Below, piece by piece: positions 1 to 10,105 of a stretch of DNA of 64,000 bases; position 1 is the first letter of the stretch, and every line of letters begins with the position of its first letter. The position numbers were made by a program, and so were the translations under genes. The notes under the pieces are model-generated. The model saw nothing but the letters and a program-made list of their open reading frames with translations. It was not told where the DNA came from and searched no databases. This DNA is from Pseudobdellovibrionaceae bacterium (lineage in GTDB: Bacteria; Bdellovibrionota; Bdellovibrionia; Bdellovibrionales; Bdellovibrionaceae). The stretch is taken from assembly GCA_044359815.1 (NCBI GenBank), contig JBIKLL010000002.1:64001-128000 (forward strand). The letters run 5' to 3'.

Positions 1-685
1 TTTCCAGACAGAGTGCTGCATCGGTAACTGATGAAACCATCGGACCCGCTTGATCCAATGAAGAGGCATAAGCAATCACTCCGTACCTACTGACACGTCC
101 GTAAGTTGGTTTGATTCCGACCACTCCACAAAAATTTGATGGCTGTCTGATGCTACCACCTGTGTCGGTACCAATGGATCCCGCAACCAATCGGGCGGCT
201 TGAGCCGCAGCCGAACCACCGCTGGATCCACCAGGCACGTAGCCTGTGTTCCAAGGGTTTTTCACAATGCCAAAGGCAGAGGTCTCATTGCTGGATCCCA
301 TGGCAAATTCATCTTGATTTAGTTTTCCTAAAACTAATGCCCCTGATTTTTTCAATCTTGCCACTACAGTTGAATCATAGGGCGGTATAAAATTACCCAG
401 CATTTTAGAGCCAGCAGTTGTTTTGATGCCCTTTGTGCAGAGCATGTCTTTGATGCCAAAAGGAAGACCCACTAAAATTCCAGGCTCTTTCCCGCTAGAA
501 ATTTCCTGATCCAGTTTTTTTGCCTGATCAATTAGTTTTTCGTTATAAGTTATGATGGAATTTAATTGCTTATCCAGTTTCTGAGCTCGATTCAGAAAAA
601 ACTCAGCCACTTCTTGGCAAGAAATTTTTTTGTTTCGAATTGCTGAGTTGATTTGTGAAAAATCGGATTTAAGCAGATCCATCAT
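1..685 (-). CDS. gatA: Asp/Glu-tRNA amidotransferase subunit A (3' part runs off the window)
   Basis: Manual minus-strand translation gives MMDLLKSDF...GIKDML...GKLNQDEFAMGSS...NPWNTGYVPGGSSGGSAAA...GTDTGGSIRQP (amidase signature). Lies directly downstream of gatC. Confidence 0.95.
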   Translation of the reverse strand, partial: MMDLLKSDFSQINSAIRNKKISCQEVAEFFLNRAQKLDKQLNSIITYNEKLIDQAKKLDQEISSGKEPGILVGLPFGIKDMLCTKGIKTTAGSKMLGNFIPPYDSTVVARLKKSGALVLGKLNQDEFAMGSSNETSAFGIVKNPWNTGYVPGGSSGGSAAAQAARLVAGSIGTDTGGSIRQPSNFCGVVGIKPTYGRVSRYGVIAYASSLDQAGPMVSSVTDAALCLE

Positions 686-690
686 TTATC

Positions 691-972
691 CTAAACAACA
701 GGGGGAACAGTAAATAAATTGCCAGTTTTTTCAGGCGCGTTGGCCAACATTTCATCAGTCGAATAAGACTTTTTGTCTTCGTCGGGGCGCCAAAAGGCTT
801 CAATGTCAGTTGGTGTCACAAGAGGTTCAATGTTGTCTGTTTTAATTTCAGAAACTTGTTCAAAATATTTTAAAATGCTAGATAATTGGTCGGCATATTG
901 GCTGGATTCCTCATCGGTGATTTTGAGTCTGGCCAATTTTGCAATGTGTGAAACATCTTTTTTGTCGATCAC
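691..972 (-). CDS. gatC: Asp/Glu-tRNA amidotransferase subunit C
   Basis: IDKKDVSHIAKLARL...FTVPPVV; GTG start at 972 preceded by GGAGG. Confidence 0.93.
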   Translation of the reverse strand: MIDKKDVSHIAKLARLKITDEESSQYADQLSSILKYFEQVSEIKTDNIEPLVTPTDIEAFWRPDEDKKSYSTDEMLANAPEKTGNLFTVPPVV

Positions 973-1025
973 AATTGTCCTCCGTGTTGATATGGAATTT
1001 TGCAAAATCTATGGATAAAGGCTTG

Positions 1026-3071
1026 ATGAGTAAAAGTAAAGAGAAACCATCTGAAAAATCAATATCTTCAGATATCATAAATAAACACGAAGAATTAAAA
1101 AAACTTATTAGGGAACACGATTATAATTATCATGTCCTGGATAAGCCGATGATTTCTGATTATGCCTTTGATCAATTATTTCAAGAATTGCTGGAACTGG
1201 AAACCAATAATCCAGGATTAGGTTTAATGGATTCGCCTTCTCAAAGGATTGGTAGCCAACCATTGGAAGCCTTTAATAAGGTTGAACACCGCACCCCAAT
1301 GTTGAGTCTGTCAAACAGCTATTCCCCAGAGGAAATTTTAAAGTTTGATGAAAGGGTGAAAGCTTTTTTGAAATCCGAAGAGCCCCTTCAGTATTATTGT
1401 GAACCCAAGTTTGATGGTTTAGCTTTGGAACTGGTTTACGAAGAAGGCTTGCTGGTCAGAGCCCTTACCAGAGGTGATGGCAATGTTGGTGAGGACGTCA
1501 CTCTGAATGTAAAGACCATCAGAACTATCCCACTGGTACTGAATATGAAAACTGCACCGAAGCTTTTTGAAGTACGTGGTGAAGCTCTGATGTTCAAAGA
1601 AGATTTTAAAGAACTGAATGAGTCCCAAGAAGAGCTAGGTCTGCAAATATTTGCCAACCCCCGAAATGCAGCGGCTGGTACTATACGCCAATTAGATTCA
1701 GCCATCACTGCCAGCCGACCATTGAAGTTTTTTGCTTACGCTATTGGGGTTACTGATGATTTGAATTTTAAATCACAGATGGATTTAGGGGAATTTTTTC
1801 TGAAGGCTGGGCTTCCTGTTGTCGAGAAATTTAAAAATCAAAAGCTCAGAATGATTTGCAATGGGCCCACAGAAGTTATCGAATTCTATCACTCCATAGA
1901 AAAAATTCGTGAATCCCTGCCGTTTGAAATCGACGGAGTTGTTGTTAAGGTTAACAGTCTAAGGCTGCAAGACGACCTGGGGTTGGTAGCCAGAAGCCCC
2001 AGATGGGCAACAGCTGCAAAATACAAACCGGCTGAAGCCAGAACAGTGATTGAATCCATTGATGTTCAAGTCGGTCGTACAGGAACGCTAACACCCGTTG
2101 CCGTTATGAAGCCTGTGAAAGTTGGCGGGGTCACTATAACGAATGCGACTCTGCATAACCAAGAAGAAATTGATCGCAAAGATGTTAGGGTCGGGGACGC
2201 CGTTATTGTTCATCGAGCGGGTGATGTTATCCCAGAAGTTGTGTCTGTGATTTTGTCTGAACGTCCGAAAAATTCTACTCCCTTTAAGCTTCCCAACCAT
2301 TGCCCGGTTTGCGGCGAAAAGGCGGTGCGGTTCGAGGAAGAAGTGGCTCTTAGGTGCGTGAATTCAACCTGTCCTGCGATTTTAAAAGAATCGTTGAAAC
2401 ATTTTGTGTCCAGAAGGGCCATGAACATAGACAAGGTTGGAGACAGATTGATTGAAACTTTGGTTGATCAAAAACTGGTGAAATGTTTTTCTGATTTATA
2501 TAAATTAAAATCAGATCAACTGTTGGCCCTGGATCGTCAGGGTGAAAAATCCGTTCAGAATGTTTTGTCCAGCATCAAAAAAAGCCAGCAGACACAGTTA
2601 TCACGGTTTATCCATGCACTAGGTATACGTTTTGTTGGCGAACAAACTGCAAAATTATTGGCTGCACATTATGGGACCATGGATGAGTTTTTAGGATCTA
2701 CCGAGGAAGAATTATTGAAAGTTCCCGAGGTCGGACCAAAAGTTGCCAAGGCCATTTTGGATTGGATTAGAAATCCCAAAAATAAAAAAGAAGTTAACGA
2801 GCTTTTAATAAGCGGTGTTAAAATCATCACTGTTTCCAAAAAGCAGGATGGTCCTTTTAATGGAAAAAGTTTTTTGATCACTGGAACCTTACCCGTTAAA
2901 CGAGATGAAGCTCAGGATTGGATTGAAAAAAATGGTGGAAAAATCTTGAGCTCTGTTTCATCAAAGCTAGATTTCTTAGTGGTCGGAGACGATCCGGGCT
3001 CTAAGTTAATTAAAGCCCAGTCTTTAGGTTTAAAAATTATTTCTTGGGATGAACTGAAAAAAATGATCTAG
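1026..3071 (+). CDS. ligA: NAD-dependent DNA ligase
   Basis: KFDG adenylation motif, TRGDG, NPRNAAAG, zinc finger CPVC...C..C, HhH repeats and C-terminal BRCT. Start placed at ATG 1026. Confidence 0.97.
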   Translation: MSKSKEKPSEKSISSDIINKHEELKKLIREHDYNYHVLDKPMISDYAFDQLFQELLELETNNPGLGLMDSPSQRIGSQPLEAFNKVEHRTPMLSLSNSYSPEEILKFDERVKAFLKSEEPLQYYCEPKFDGLALELVYEEGLLVRALTRGDGNVGEDVTLNVKTIRTIPLVLNMKTAPKLFEVRGEALMFKEDFKELNESQEELGLQIFANPRNAAAGTIRQLDSAITASRPLKFFAYAIGVTDDLNFKSQMDLGEFFLKAGLPVVEKFKNQKLRMICNGPTEVIEFYHSIEKIRESLPFEIDGVVVKVNSLRLQDDLGLVARSPRWATAAKYKPAEARTVIESIDVQVGRTGTLTPVAVMKPVKVGGVTITNATLHNQEEIDRKDVRVGDAVIVHRAGDVIPEVVSVILSERPKNSTPFKLPNHCPVCGEKAVRFEEEVALRCVNSTCPAILKESLKHFVSRRAMNIDKVGDRLIETLVDQKLVKCFSDLYKLKSDQLLALDRQGEKSVQNVLSSIKKSQQTQLSRFIHALGIRFVGEQTAKLLAAHYGTMDEFLGSTEEELLKVPEVGPKVAKAILDWIRNPKNKKEVNELLISGVKIITVSKKQDGPFNGKSFLITGTLPVKRDEAQDWIEKNGGKILSSVSSKLDFLVVGDDPGSKLIKAQSLGLKIISWDELKKMI

Positions 3072-3262
3072 ATATGATCAATATTGATATCGCGAGCCAT
3101 AACGGTTTTACGTCCGTCTTCTTTGGCATTATCGATACCTTTTGAGCAAAGTGCTTCGATTGCTTTGCTGAGTACATCAATAGTCTCAGATGATGTATTC
3201 ATTGAGCCTTTTTCTTTGATGTATTTCTTAACTTTACTTGTCACAACTAATACGTCAGCCAT
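3068..3262 (-). CDS. Bacterial histone-fold DNA-binding protein (Bd0055/HBb type)
   Basis: 64 aa, MADVLVVTSKVKKYIKEKGSMNTS...GRKTVMARD, with the RKTV-x-x-x-D histone L2/alpha3 motif. Strong RBS AAGGAGGA. Confidence 0.92.
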   Translation of the reverse strand: MADVLVVTSKVKKYIKEKGSMNTSSETIDVLSKAIEALCSKGIDNAKEDGRKTVMARDINIDHI

Positions 3263-3354
3263 GTTTCCTCCTTATGTCCAGGCGCCTGATGGTTTTTAAA
3301 ACCATTTCCACAAAAGGTTGTCACAACACGCTTATATTTACAATGGGATTCAAT

Positions 3355-4824
3355 TTAACGGGTTTTGCGCTCTGAGCTAGACTTCTTTCTGGGCTTACCA
3401 AGAGACCCAAAAGACTTTTCTCCATCAAAAATTTGAAGCGACGCCCTGCGCTGATTGTTGTCGCCAGGCTCAATCCACACAAAAGTTTTTGAATCGATCA
3501 TTTTTGTGCATTCAACGTCAGTAAAAGCCGGCGACCAAGTGCCGCTGTTCAAATGTTCAACTGCCCCAATCATTTCATGTCGTGATTTATGTGTGTGCCC
3601 GTAAACAATTCTGTTCACTTTTGTGATCGTGCCAGCCATTGATAATATTCGTTCATCGGGCTCTTTGTATGAAGACACCATCGACACTACAGATTTCGAA
3701 TAAAACAGAAAAAACGGCAACAGTATAAACAATGGGATAAATGCCCAAAAAAATGGTAAATCAAAAAAATTCTGAGCAAAAAGCATCAACTGAAAGATCA
3801 CAAAAAATCCAATAAAAATCAAAAAAGCCCTATCAAGCCACAACTCCCGAGCAATCATAAAAGGATTGTTGGTGGCCGGTTCAACAAAGAGTTCCTTAAG
3901 TTCCCTAACCATTCTGGGCTCTGCATTTGATTTGTGAGCAATATAATTAATTTTATCTTCGATCTTCAATGGATCACGAATAGGGGAATTCCATTTCTCG
4001 GTGAAGCCTTTCATTAGGGTGACCACGGCTCCAAAAAACCAATCCCATATTAACAATGGCTGAGCCCGCCAAATATATTTAATAAAGAATGCGACGTATT
4101 CGCCCAAACTCATAATGTAATTTGAATCCACATGGGGATTAAAAAATCCCATGCCGTTTAAAATATACCTGCAAGCCAAATTTCCAAAGGGCAGTCTGAT
4201 AGATTTAAAATTATAGCCTCGTATAAAGGGATGCACTGGATCTTCGCAAATACAATAAGGGTCGTATTGATTGCCATGTTCAATCAAAGTGTCTTTGTTA
4301 CTAATATAAAACCATTCGCAAAATCTGACTCTGGATTTTTCTTTCTCTTTCAAATCCAATGCATTGACTATGGATTCCTGAACTTCTGAATAATGTAGCT
4401 CAAGATCGTGATTGCCAAAAACAAAGACCAGTTTATGGCCTCGTTTTACAAAATCACTAAGAGCTTTAAACCAAATCGGATGATCTTTGATAATTGCATC
4501 AATCTTGTATTTTGAGCGCTCAGGGCGTGGATACAGTCCACGAATTTGTTCAAGCCATGTTACCCTAAAGGTCGGATGTTCCGGTATTGTGGTAATGGAA
4601 TCAAAATCAAAAATGTCTCCATTTAATATTAGTTCGATGGGATCAGTGCCAGCGCGTTTTTCCAGATGAAATAAAAAATCGCTGAAGGCCTGATCAAAGA
4701 AAAAATCCGCGGATTTATATTTCTTCCACAATGGAAACTTAGGATTCAGAGGTTCTGCCTCACATAAATGCAGATCGCTGACTATTGCTGTGAAATCTGC
4801 CTTAAGAAATTCATTGTGGGCCAT
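3355..4824 (-). CDS. Calcineurin-like metallophosphoesterase with an inserted transmembrane hairpin
   Basis: Motifs SDLH, NGDIFD, GNHD, EHG and GHTH; two hydrophobic helices before the last motif. Start is uncertain (4824 or 4833). Confidence 0.8.
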   Translation of the reverse strand: MAHNEFLKADFTAIVSDLHLCEAEPLNPKFPLWKKYKSADFFFDQAFSDFLFHLEKRAGTDPIELILNGDIFDFDSITTIPEHPTFRVTWLEQIRGLYPRPERSKYKIDAIIKDHPIWFKALSDFVKRGHKLVFVFGNHDLELHYSEVQESIVNALDLKEKEKSRVRFCEWFYISNKDTLIEHGNQYDPYCICEDPVHPFIRGYNFKSIRLPFGNLACRYILNGMGFFNPHVDSNYIMSLGEYVAFFIKYIWRAQPLLIWDWFFGAVVTLMKGFTEKWNSPIRDPLKIEDKINYIAHKSNAEPRMVRELKELFVEPATNNPFMIARELWLDRAFLIFIGFFVIFQLMLFAQNFFDLPFFWAFIPLFILLPFFLFYSKSVVSMVSSYKEPDERILSMAGTITKVNRIVYGHTHKSRHEMIGAVEHLNSGTWSPAFTDVECTKMIDSKTFVWIEPGDNNQRRASLQIFDGEKSFGSLGKPRKKSSSERKTR

Positions 4825-4882
4825 ATCCTTCATTATATTTATGTTTGATGATAAATGAATACTTTTGTGATAATAATTTTCT

Positions 4883-6169
4883 ATGCTCAAATTGAATTCA
4901 ATACCAAGACCAATTGCCATAATAGGTATGGGCCTGTCGGGTGAAGCCAGTCTTAAATTTTTAATCGAATCTGGAGTTCCGAGGAATGAAATCATCACCT
5001 TTGATGATCGGGGAATTGGTGCAGATGTCTCGGATCGAAATCAAATGGCTGCAATTAAAATCGGATGCATAGTTTTATCCCCAGGCGTTGCAATAAAATC
5101 AGATTTTGTACAAGGCCTACTGAGTGCTGGTGCCAAACTACTGTCCGAAGTTCAACTAGCATATGATTTAATCACTTCAGAAAAACTGATTGCAGTTACT
5201 GGGTCGTTGGGAAAGAGCACGACCACCAGCATGATTGGACAGGCGGCCAAAACTCAGGACCCCAATTGTTTTGTGGGTGGAAACTTGGGCCTGCCATTTA
5301 TAGAATATTTTCGTCATCTGATAAAACATCCAGATAAAAAGGCTCGGTTTATTGTACTGGAGCTTTCAAGCTTTCAGATCGAAGCTCTGCAAAACTTCAG
5401 AACCGATTGTTTGGTTTATACTTATTTGAGTAAAAATCACTTAGATCGCTACACTTCTGTGCAAGAATACTATGATTCCAAGTGGGCACTGACCCAATGG
5501 AACAAGGGCAAGATTTTTGTTAACCAAAAGGGTGGCGATCTGTTGGAGTACATAAAAAATAGACCCGAGGCAGTTTCAATAGTAAACATGGATTCTGCCG
5601 AAGGATTGCAAAAGTTTGGAATCTCTAAATTAAATGTTTTTGGAAAACACAATCTACAAAACGCAGCCCTGGCGTGCGAAGTCGCAAAATTTTTCGGTTG
5701 GAGCAATCAAGCATTCGAAGCCATTGCCAATTACAAGGGATTGAAGCACAGGCTGGAAACGGTCGCCGAAATTGGCGGAAAATTATTTATTAACGACAGT
5801 AAAGCCACTTCAATTGAATCAGTGCTGGCGGCGATTCACAGTCTGCGCGAAACATCCAGGCCACTACGAGTTTTAGTGGGTGGCAAGGACAAGGGTCTTG
5901 ATTGGACCCTGCTGGCTCCATTTGCAAAAACGAAAATTCAGTTTTATTTTTTTGGAGCTGACGGTGAATTTGTGAAACAAAAGTCAGGACTGAATGGATT
6001 AGTTTATAAAAAACTTTCTGATTGCTTAAGCTCCATCAAACCCATGATTCAAAAAGGCGATGTGATATTACTGGCTCCCGGTGGGACCAGTTTAGACGAA
6101 TTTAAATCATTTGAAGACCGGGGAGATTTTTTTAAATCTTGGGTTTTTACATTTCAAAATGAGCCTTGA
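4883..6169 (+). CDS. murD: UDP-N-acetylmuramoyl-L-alanine--D-glutamate ligase
   Basis: GMGLSG, SPGV, TGSLGKSTT, GGNLG, ELSSFQ, HLDRY, NDSKAT, GGKDK and F.SFEDRG motifs. Confidence 0.93.
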   Translation: MLKLNSIPRPIAIIGMGLSGEASLKFLIESGVPRNEIITFDDRGIGADVSDRNQMAAIKIGCIVLSPGVAIKSDFVQGLLSAGAKLLSEVQLAYDLITSEKLIAVTGSLGKSTTTSMIGQAAKTQDPNCFVGGNLGLPFIEYFRHLIKHPDKKARFIVLELSSFQIEALQNFRTDCLVYTYLSKNHLDRYTSVQEYYDSKWALTQWNKGKIFVNQKGGDLLEYIKNRPEAVSIVNMDSAEGLQKFGISKLNVFGKHNLQNAALACEVAKFFGWSNQAFEAIANYKGLKHRLETVAEIGGKLFINDSKATSIESVLAAIHSLRETSRPLRVLVGGKDKGLDWTLLAPFAKTKIQFYFFGADGEFVKQKSGLNGLVYKKLSDCLSSIKPMIQKGDVILLAPGGTSLDEFKSFEDRGDFFKSWVFTFQNEP

Positions 6170-8162
6170 TGACATAAACTGTATTCACATCAACAATGGC
6201 TAATTGGGAATTTATAAATTCATTTTGGCTTGAAAGCATACTGACTGTATGCAGCCCGGTTGGAACATTGAACAAAATAAATCCACCACCAGGTACTGGC
6301 CGATCAACTGCCTCACCACTGGAGTCAAAGAACACAACATTATCCTGAATGTGCTCTTGCAATTGTGGTAAATAAAGTTCGTATTTATCCTGAGGTACAA
6401 ATCCAACAATCACACCAGTTTGCGGTATCTGGTTGATACGTCGGCTGGTGATCATTTTTTGCAACCAAGAATCTTTGATCAATGGAATATTGAAGCTATC
6501 GTGATTTTCCAGGTACGACATTCGAATCACATTGTAGGTCGGATCTTGAGGCGTTATTTCAGCAACACTCCATCGATGCAGATCTGGGAAAAATTGTTCA
6601 GACAATCCCTCGACAATCACTGGTTCTATAAAATTCTGAAACGTTACTTCTGCCACCTGACCAGAACCTTCAAAAGCATCAAAAACCTTAATGCTCATTT
6701 TGTTTTTAGTCAGCGTTCCCTTAAGCTCAACGGGTGAAACCGTATCAGCTTGCACAGGAATGTTTGCGTGCGAAAAATAATTGCCTGCTGTTTTTGCTAA
6801 CAACTGATAAACACCCTCAGGAAGATCTAAAACAGCAAAGTATCCTGAATCGCTAGTAGCTTTCAAAGTTGGATCCGGAAACAACATTTGATTAAAATAA
6901 ATTATTTTTGCTGAAGGATGTCCCTCTACTTCCACACTGATTCCAGAAACGATTTTACCGTCTTGTTTTACCTGTCCCCAGATGACAGAGCCATTGGGTT
7001 CATATTCAGATTGATAGCCAAAATCGGTGGCTATCATTTTTAATGAATCAATCATTTTTTTGCGAAACATAGGAACGTCAGCGTGTTCACCACTGGCAAA
7101 TATCGATAAGCTGGGTAAATAATCCGGTGCATTTTTACGCTTTACTTCATTAGCTTCAAAGTGTCCTACAGAAAAACTGTTGGGATGAATCCCAGGTAAA
7201 TTGAAAGTACCTAATTCATCTGAAACATCTTTACTGCCAGTGGCAGAGTAATAATGATTTGCTTTAACTTTTCTGTTGGGATTATCAAACTGTGAAATGG
7301 TTGTTGAATAGTCATTTTTGGCTTTTTTGATTGTGATTTTGTATTGCCCCTGATTGGATTCCGACAATCGCAACGTTCCTTCACCGACAGGAAATCCATT
7401 TTCGTTCAAAAGTTTTGCCACCAAGAATCCACTTTTGTTGTCTACATTGATCACAAATTGATTTGTCTTTCGGTCCCAAGAACCTAATTCTTTATAGACG
7501 TCATCTTCCTTGTGCCTGACTTCGATCGTCGAACCTTTAACAAAGGGCAGTCCTTCAGTTACAACTATATTACCAGTCAATGTCTGCTTACCCCGCCCCT
7601 GATCGTACTGTGGCTTGATTTGCTGGGGCTGCACAACTAATTGTTGAGCCACTGCTTCAGAAGCAGCTTGCTGGACCGATTCGGGTTCTTCAGAGGAAAT
7701 GGAAATCGATTTATTCATTCTTTGCAGTTCTTCGATTCTCATTTTCTGGGCTCTGTTCAGATTAAGGTCTGACAAATCGATTTGTCCTGCATTCACAATA
7801 TCCCTAGTAGATTCATAGGAAATTTTGACTTCTGGAATTTCTATTTTTCTGGAACGGATGTCAGTCACTGTTAGAGTCTGGTCAGAAAAACTTTGTAAAT
7901 CGATTTTTGATTCAGTGGATTTATCCAGATTTTCAAACTCTGGATTGATCGGTAAAGATTCTTTTTTTAAATGCTCAAACAATAGCCTTGGGGGATCATT
8001 TTTATTGGTCAAAATTTCCAGTGGTTTAGATATCCATTTGATTGTCAGATGGTTAGTCTTGGCTGGATAGGCTGCCGCCAACCCCAACAGACACAAGGCT
8101 AAGCCGTGACTATTAATATTATGATATTTGAACAAACGAATAACCATATGACTACCTTCCAT
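6147..8162 (-). CDS. Large exported hypothetical protein with probable carboxypeptidase-regulatory-like (transthyretin-like beta) domains
   Basis: N-terminal hydrophobic segment; beta-rich modules such as IWGQV...TSDSGYFAVLDLPEGVY and GGFILFNVPTGLH. Confidence 0.55.
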   Translation of the reverse strand: MEGSHMVIRLFKYHNINSHGLALCLLGLAAAYPAKTNHLTIKWISKPLEILTNKNDPPRLLFEHLKKESLPINPEFENLDKSTESKIDLQSFSDQTLTVTDIRSRKIEIPEVKISYESTRDIVNAGQIDLSDLNLNRAQKMRIEELQRMNKSISISSEEPESVQQAASEAVAQQLVVQPQQIKPQYDQGRGKQTLTGNIVVTEGLPFVKGSTIEVRHKEDDVYKELGSWDRKTNQFVINVDNKSGFLVAKLLNENGFPVGEGTLRLSESNQGQYKITIKKAKNDYSTTISQFDNPNRKVKANHYYSATGSKDVSDELGTFNLPGIHPNSFSVGHFEANEVKRKNAPDYLPSLSIFASGEHADVPMFRKKMIDSLKMIATDFGYQSEYEPNGSVIWGQVKQDGKIVSGISVEVEGHPSAKIIYFNQMLFPDPTLKATSDSGYFAVLDLPEGVYQLLAKTAGNYFSHANIPVQADTVSPVELKGTLTKNKMSIKVFDAFEGSGQVAEVTFQNFIEPVIVEGLSEQFFPDLHRWSVAEITPQDPTYNVIRMSYLENHDSFNIPLIKDSWLQKMITSRRINQIPQTGVIVGFVPQDKYELYLPQLQEHIQDNVVFFDSSGEAVDRPVPGGGFILFNVPTGLHTVSMLSSQNEFINSQLAIVDVNTVYVIKAHFEM

Positions 8163-8167
8163 GGTAT

Positions 8168-8605
8168 TTAGAAGGGTCGAAAATCGTCAATTACGTTCTT
8201 TTCTTCGCGACTTTGGGCAAGAGCGGCTTTGAACTCATTTATTAGTTTTTTTGTGATGTTAGCGTCTTCTCCAACTTCAACATATTGCCCCTGAGATCTT
8301 CTTTCAACTATGGTGACTATGCGAACTTCGTAGGGGCGACGTTCACCCAGTATAGTAAATATCGAATACAATCTTTCTGCAGATTTCTCTGGATTAAAGT
8401 TCGGGTCTGGCTTTCTGGAAAAATAGGGTGAATAGAATTCGCGCTGATTATCAGACATTTTACGAGGCTCGCCCCCCGAAACAATGTTGATAGATTTCCG
8501 GATAACTCCCACCGATCGATTAATGTCAGAGACCTTCATCCCGGTGGCGCATCCAATGATACTTAAGAAACTTATTAATATTAAAAACCTAAAAATAATC
8601 TTCAA
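8168..8605 (-). CDS. Hypothetical lipoprotein
   Basis: Signal peptide with lipobox LSIIGC; probable TTG start at 8605. Confidence 0.6.
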   Translation of the reverse strand: MKIIFRFLILISFLSIIGCATGMKVSDINRSVGVIRKSINIVSGGEPRKMSDNQREFYSPYFSRKPDPNFNPEKSAERLYSIFTILGERRPYEVRIVTIVERRSQGQYVEVGEDANITKKLINEFKAALAQSREEKNVIDDFRPF

Positions 8606-9263
8606 ATGTATAAAGTCGCCCTGGCTTTTGCTCATGCAACCATTTTGCTACCTTTACTGCGCCTTTTGCAAATACCTGTCGATTTAATGCCGTATGTGAA
8701 AACTCAATTATTTCGCTTTCCGACATGGCGTAAACATTGTGAATGCCAAAAATGCCTCCACCTCTAACGCCAACAGGTTGTTTTGATTTAGAACTCTTAG
8801 GTAGGGCTTTTTGCAACATCAGTGCAGTTCCTGATGGATTATCCTTTTTTTGATTATGGTGAAATTCCACAATCTGAAAATCAAAATCGCTCAGGTAGTT
8901 AAAAACTTGCATGGCTTTTCTGAGTGCAGCGACACCCAAGCTCATGTTGGCTGAATAAAAAACCCGCTTGGTTTTTGCAGCAGCCGATATTTTCTTAAGT
9001 TGGGTTTCGTTAAAACCTGTGGTTCCAATTACCAGTCCCACGTCTAGATCTTTTGTCTTTTGCAACAGCTGCATAGTGAACTGGGGATTACTAAAATCAA
9101 TGATCACATCAGCTTCAAACTGTCCCTTAAAAGTCTTTGCAAGATTAGTTCGTCCTATTTGATGGGTCACTTGAAACGAAAAATCTTTGGTTCTTGATAT
9201 AACATCCAGCTCGCGCCCCATTTTACCAGACGCACCTGAAATTGCGATTTTGATTCTACTCAT
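8589..9263 (-). CDS. dapB: 4-hydroxy-tetrahydrodipicolinate reductase
   Basis: GASGKMG, IDFS, GTTG, ANMSLG and EFHHNQKKDNPSGTA motifs. Confidence 0.95.
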   Translation of the reverse strand: MSRIKIAISGASGKMGRELDVISRTKDFSFQVTHQIGRTNLAKTFKGQFEADVIIDFSNPQFTMQLLQKTKDLDVGLVIGTTGFNETQLKKISAAAKTKRVFYSANMSLGVAALRKAMQVFNYLSDFDFQIVEFHHNQKKDNPSGTALMLQKALPKSSKSKQPVGVRGGGIFGIHNVYAMSESEIIEFSHTALNRQVFAKGAVKVAKWLHEQKPGRLYTFEDYF

Positions 9264-10105
9264 AACAGACCTCGCTTGTTCAGTTCTGCTTTAATTTTCA
9301 TCGCAGAGGTTTCGGTTGATTCAACCAATGGTAATCGCAATTCAGCGCTACTGATGATTCCCATAAGCTGAAGCATTTTTTTAACTGGTATAGGATTCCC
9401 CTCGCTAAACATCATTTCGATTAATTCGCGATTAGTTCTGATGCGCTGATTTTTGATTTCTTTAGGAATCACATGAGAAGCGACGCTGATACAGCCGTGT
9501 CCGCCAACTTGCATGAATTCCTCGTAAGTTAAATCATCACCTGACAGCAGAATAAAACTTTCTCCACATTGGGCAGAAATCTGTTTTGCAAATTCAATAT
9601 TTCCACTGGCTTCTTTGATTCCGATTATCTGAGGGTGCTCAGACAGTTTTTTGATTGTTTCAATTTCCAAGGCAGTGATTGTCCGACCAGGTACGTTGTA
9701 AAGTATGGATGGGATATTAACTGAACTGGCGATTGTTTTAAAATGTTCAAACAAGCCTCTTTGTGGTGGCTTATTGTAATAGGGAACCACTAACAGCAAA
9801 GCATCCGCCCCCCAGGCTTCGCATTCCTTAGAAAACAACACAGTATTTGCTGTGGAATTAGATCCTGATCCTAAAATTAAGGGAAAATTTTTGGGAACTT
9901 TTCCTTTGATAAAATCAAAAATTTCTTTAACTTCACGCTTATCCAAATTGGGACTTTCAGCAGTTGTTCCATTGACGACAAATCCATCGATTGAATTTTT
10001 AAGCTGAAAATCGATCAATTTTTCTAGCGATTGAAAATCAATTTTATTGTTTTTGAATGGCGTTATTAAGGCTGTAAAGACACCTTTAAATTTATTTAAA
10101 TCCAT
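9260..10105 (-). CDS. dapA: 4-hydroxy-tetrahydrodipicolinate synthase
   Basis: GTTAE, PYYNKP, LYNVPGRT, GIKEASG and LSGDD motifs. Confidence 0.96.
   Translation of the reverse strand: MDLNKFKGVFTALITPFKNNKIDFQSLEKLIDFQLKNSIDGFVVNGTTAESPNLDKREVKEIFDFIKGKVPKNFPLILGSGSNSTANTVLFSKECEAWGADALLLVVPYYNKPPQRGLFEHFKTIASSVNIPSILYNVPGRTITALEIETIKKLSEHPQIIGIKEASGNIEFAKQISAQCGESFILLSGDDLTYEEFMQVGGHGCISVASHVIPKEIKNQRIRTNRELIEMMFSEGNPIPVKKMLQLMGIISSAELRLPLVESTETSAMKIKAELNKRGLL

Noticed and set aside
3084..3299. 71-aa plus-strand ORF over the histone gene
   Set aside because: Antisense shadow; the minus-strand ORF has the RBS and the recognisable fold motif.
4825..4998. Apparent overlap of the phosphoesterase ORF with murD
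   Set aside because: The phosphoesterase motifs begin after ATG 4833/4824; the upstream part is murD antisense.
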